This document shows positions 63,701-64,000 of a stretch of DNA of 64,000 bases, piece after piece; positions within the stretch are counted from its first letter, which is position 1, and each line of letters opens with the position of its first letter. The stretch spans positions 877,320 through 941,319 of the forward strand of contig MU053810.1 in NCBI GenBank assembly GCA_013239625.1. Reading direction: 5' to 3'. Origin of the DNA: Lama guanicoe. Its lineage: Eukaryota. Under the pieces are notes generated by a model, which was not told the DNA's origin, ran no database searches, and was given only the letters and a program-made list of their open reading frames with translations. A program made the translations under genes and the position numbers.

Positions 63701-64000
63701 GTACTGGATATAAAATTACTTAGTAGCCTGTGGGGCAATTTGTAACTTTTGCACTGTGTAGACTGAAGGGGAAAATCAGAGGGATTAACAGGTAAGAAAT
63801 GCATCAACCGAGCCATGGTCTTACTCCCTGCTGATACCAGCTACTCTGCGAGATGGACATTTCCTCCCTTTATGAACACTAGACTAAGTGACATCAGTGG
63901 TGCACTGATAAATGTTTAACAGTTTTAACAATTGAATTTCCAAGAAAATAAAACAAAACCCCGATTTGTAGCATTTTCTGACTTCTGAGTTGTAAATTTC

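Overview
Mammalian genomic DNA, very probably a camelid (tRNA-derived SINEs resembling the Tylopoda Vic-1 family). It holds one apparently intact 4-exon gene, PTCHD3 (+, 24233-31422, 925 aa by my splice model), two processed pseudogenes (DAXX, +, ~6850-9490; SANBR/KIAA1841, -, 42883-45619, with TSD) and many L1, L2, MIR, MaLR, MER58 and SINE relics. The outstanding structure is a ~10.6 kb imperfect palindrome (~12363-22947). Two oppositely oriented arrays of a 33-bp repeat (consensus ~CCAGTGACCCAGGCCCAGGGTGTGCCTTCAGGG) flank a ~1.07 kb CpG island. The island is itself a head-to-head duplication, with clustered ETS and CGCG motifs at the symmetry axis (~16717), so it looks like a mirror-image bidirectional promoter. 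A short outlier of the same 33-mer lies just past PTCHD3. Both retrocopies and most young L1s are antisense to transcription running outward from the axis. All identities and counts were estimated by eye; repeat family and gene names come from recall, not database searches.
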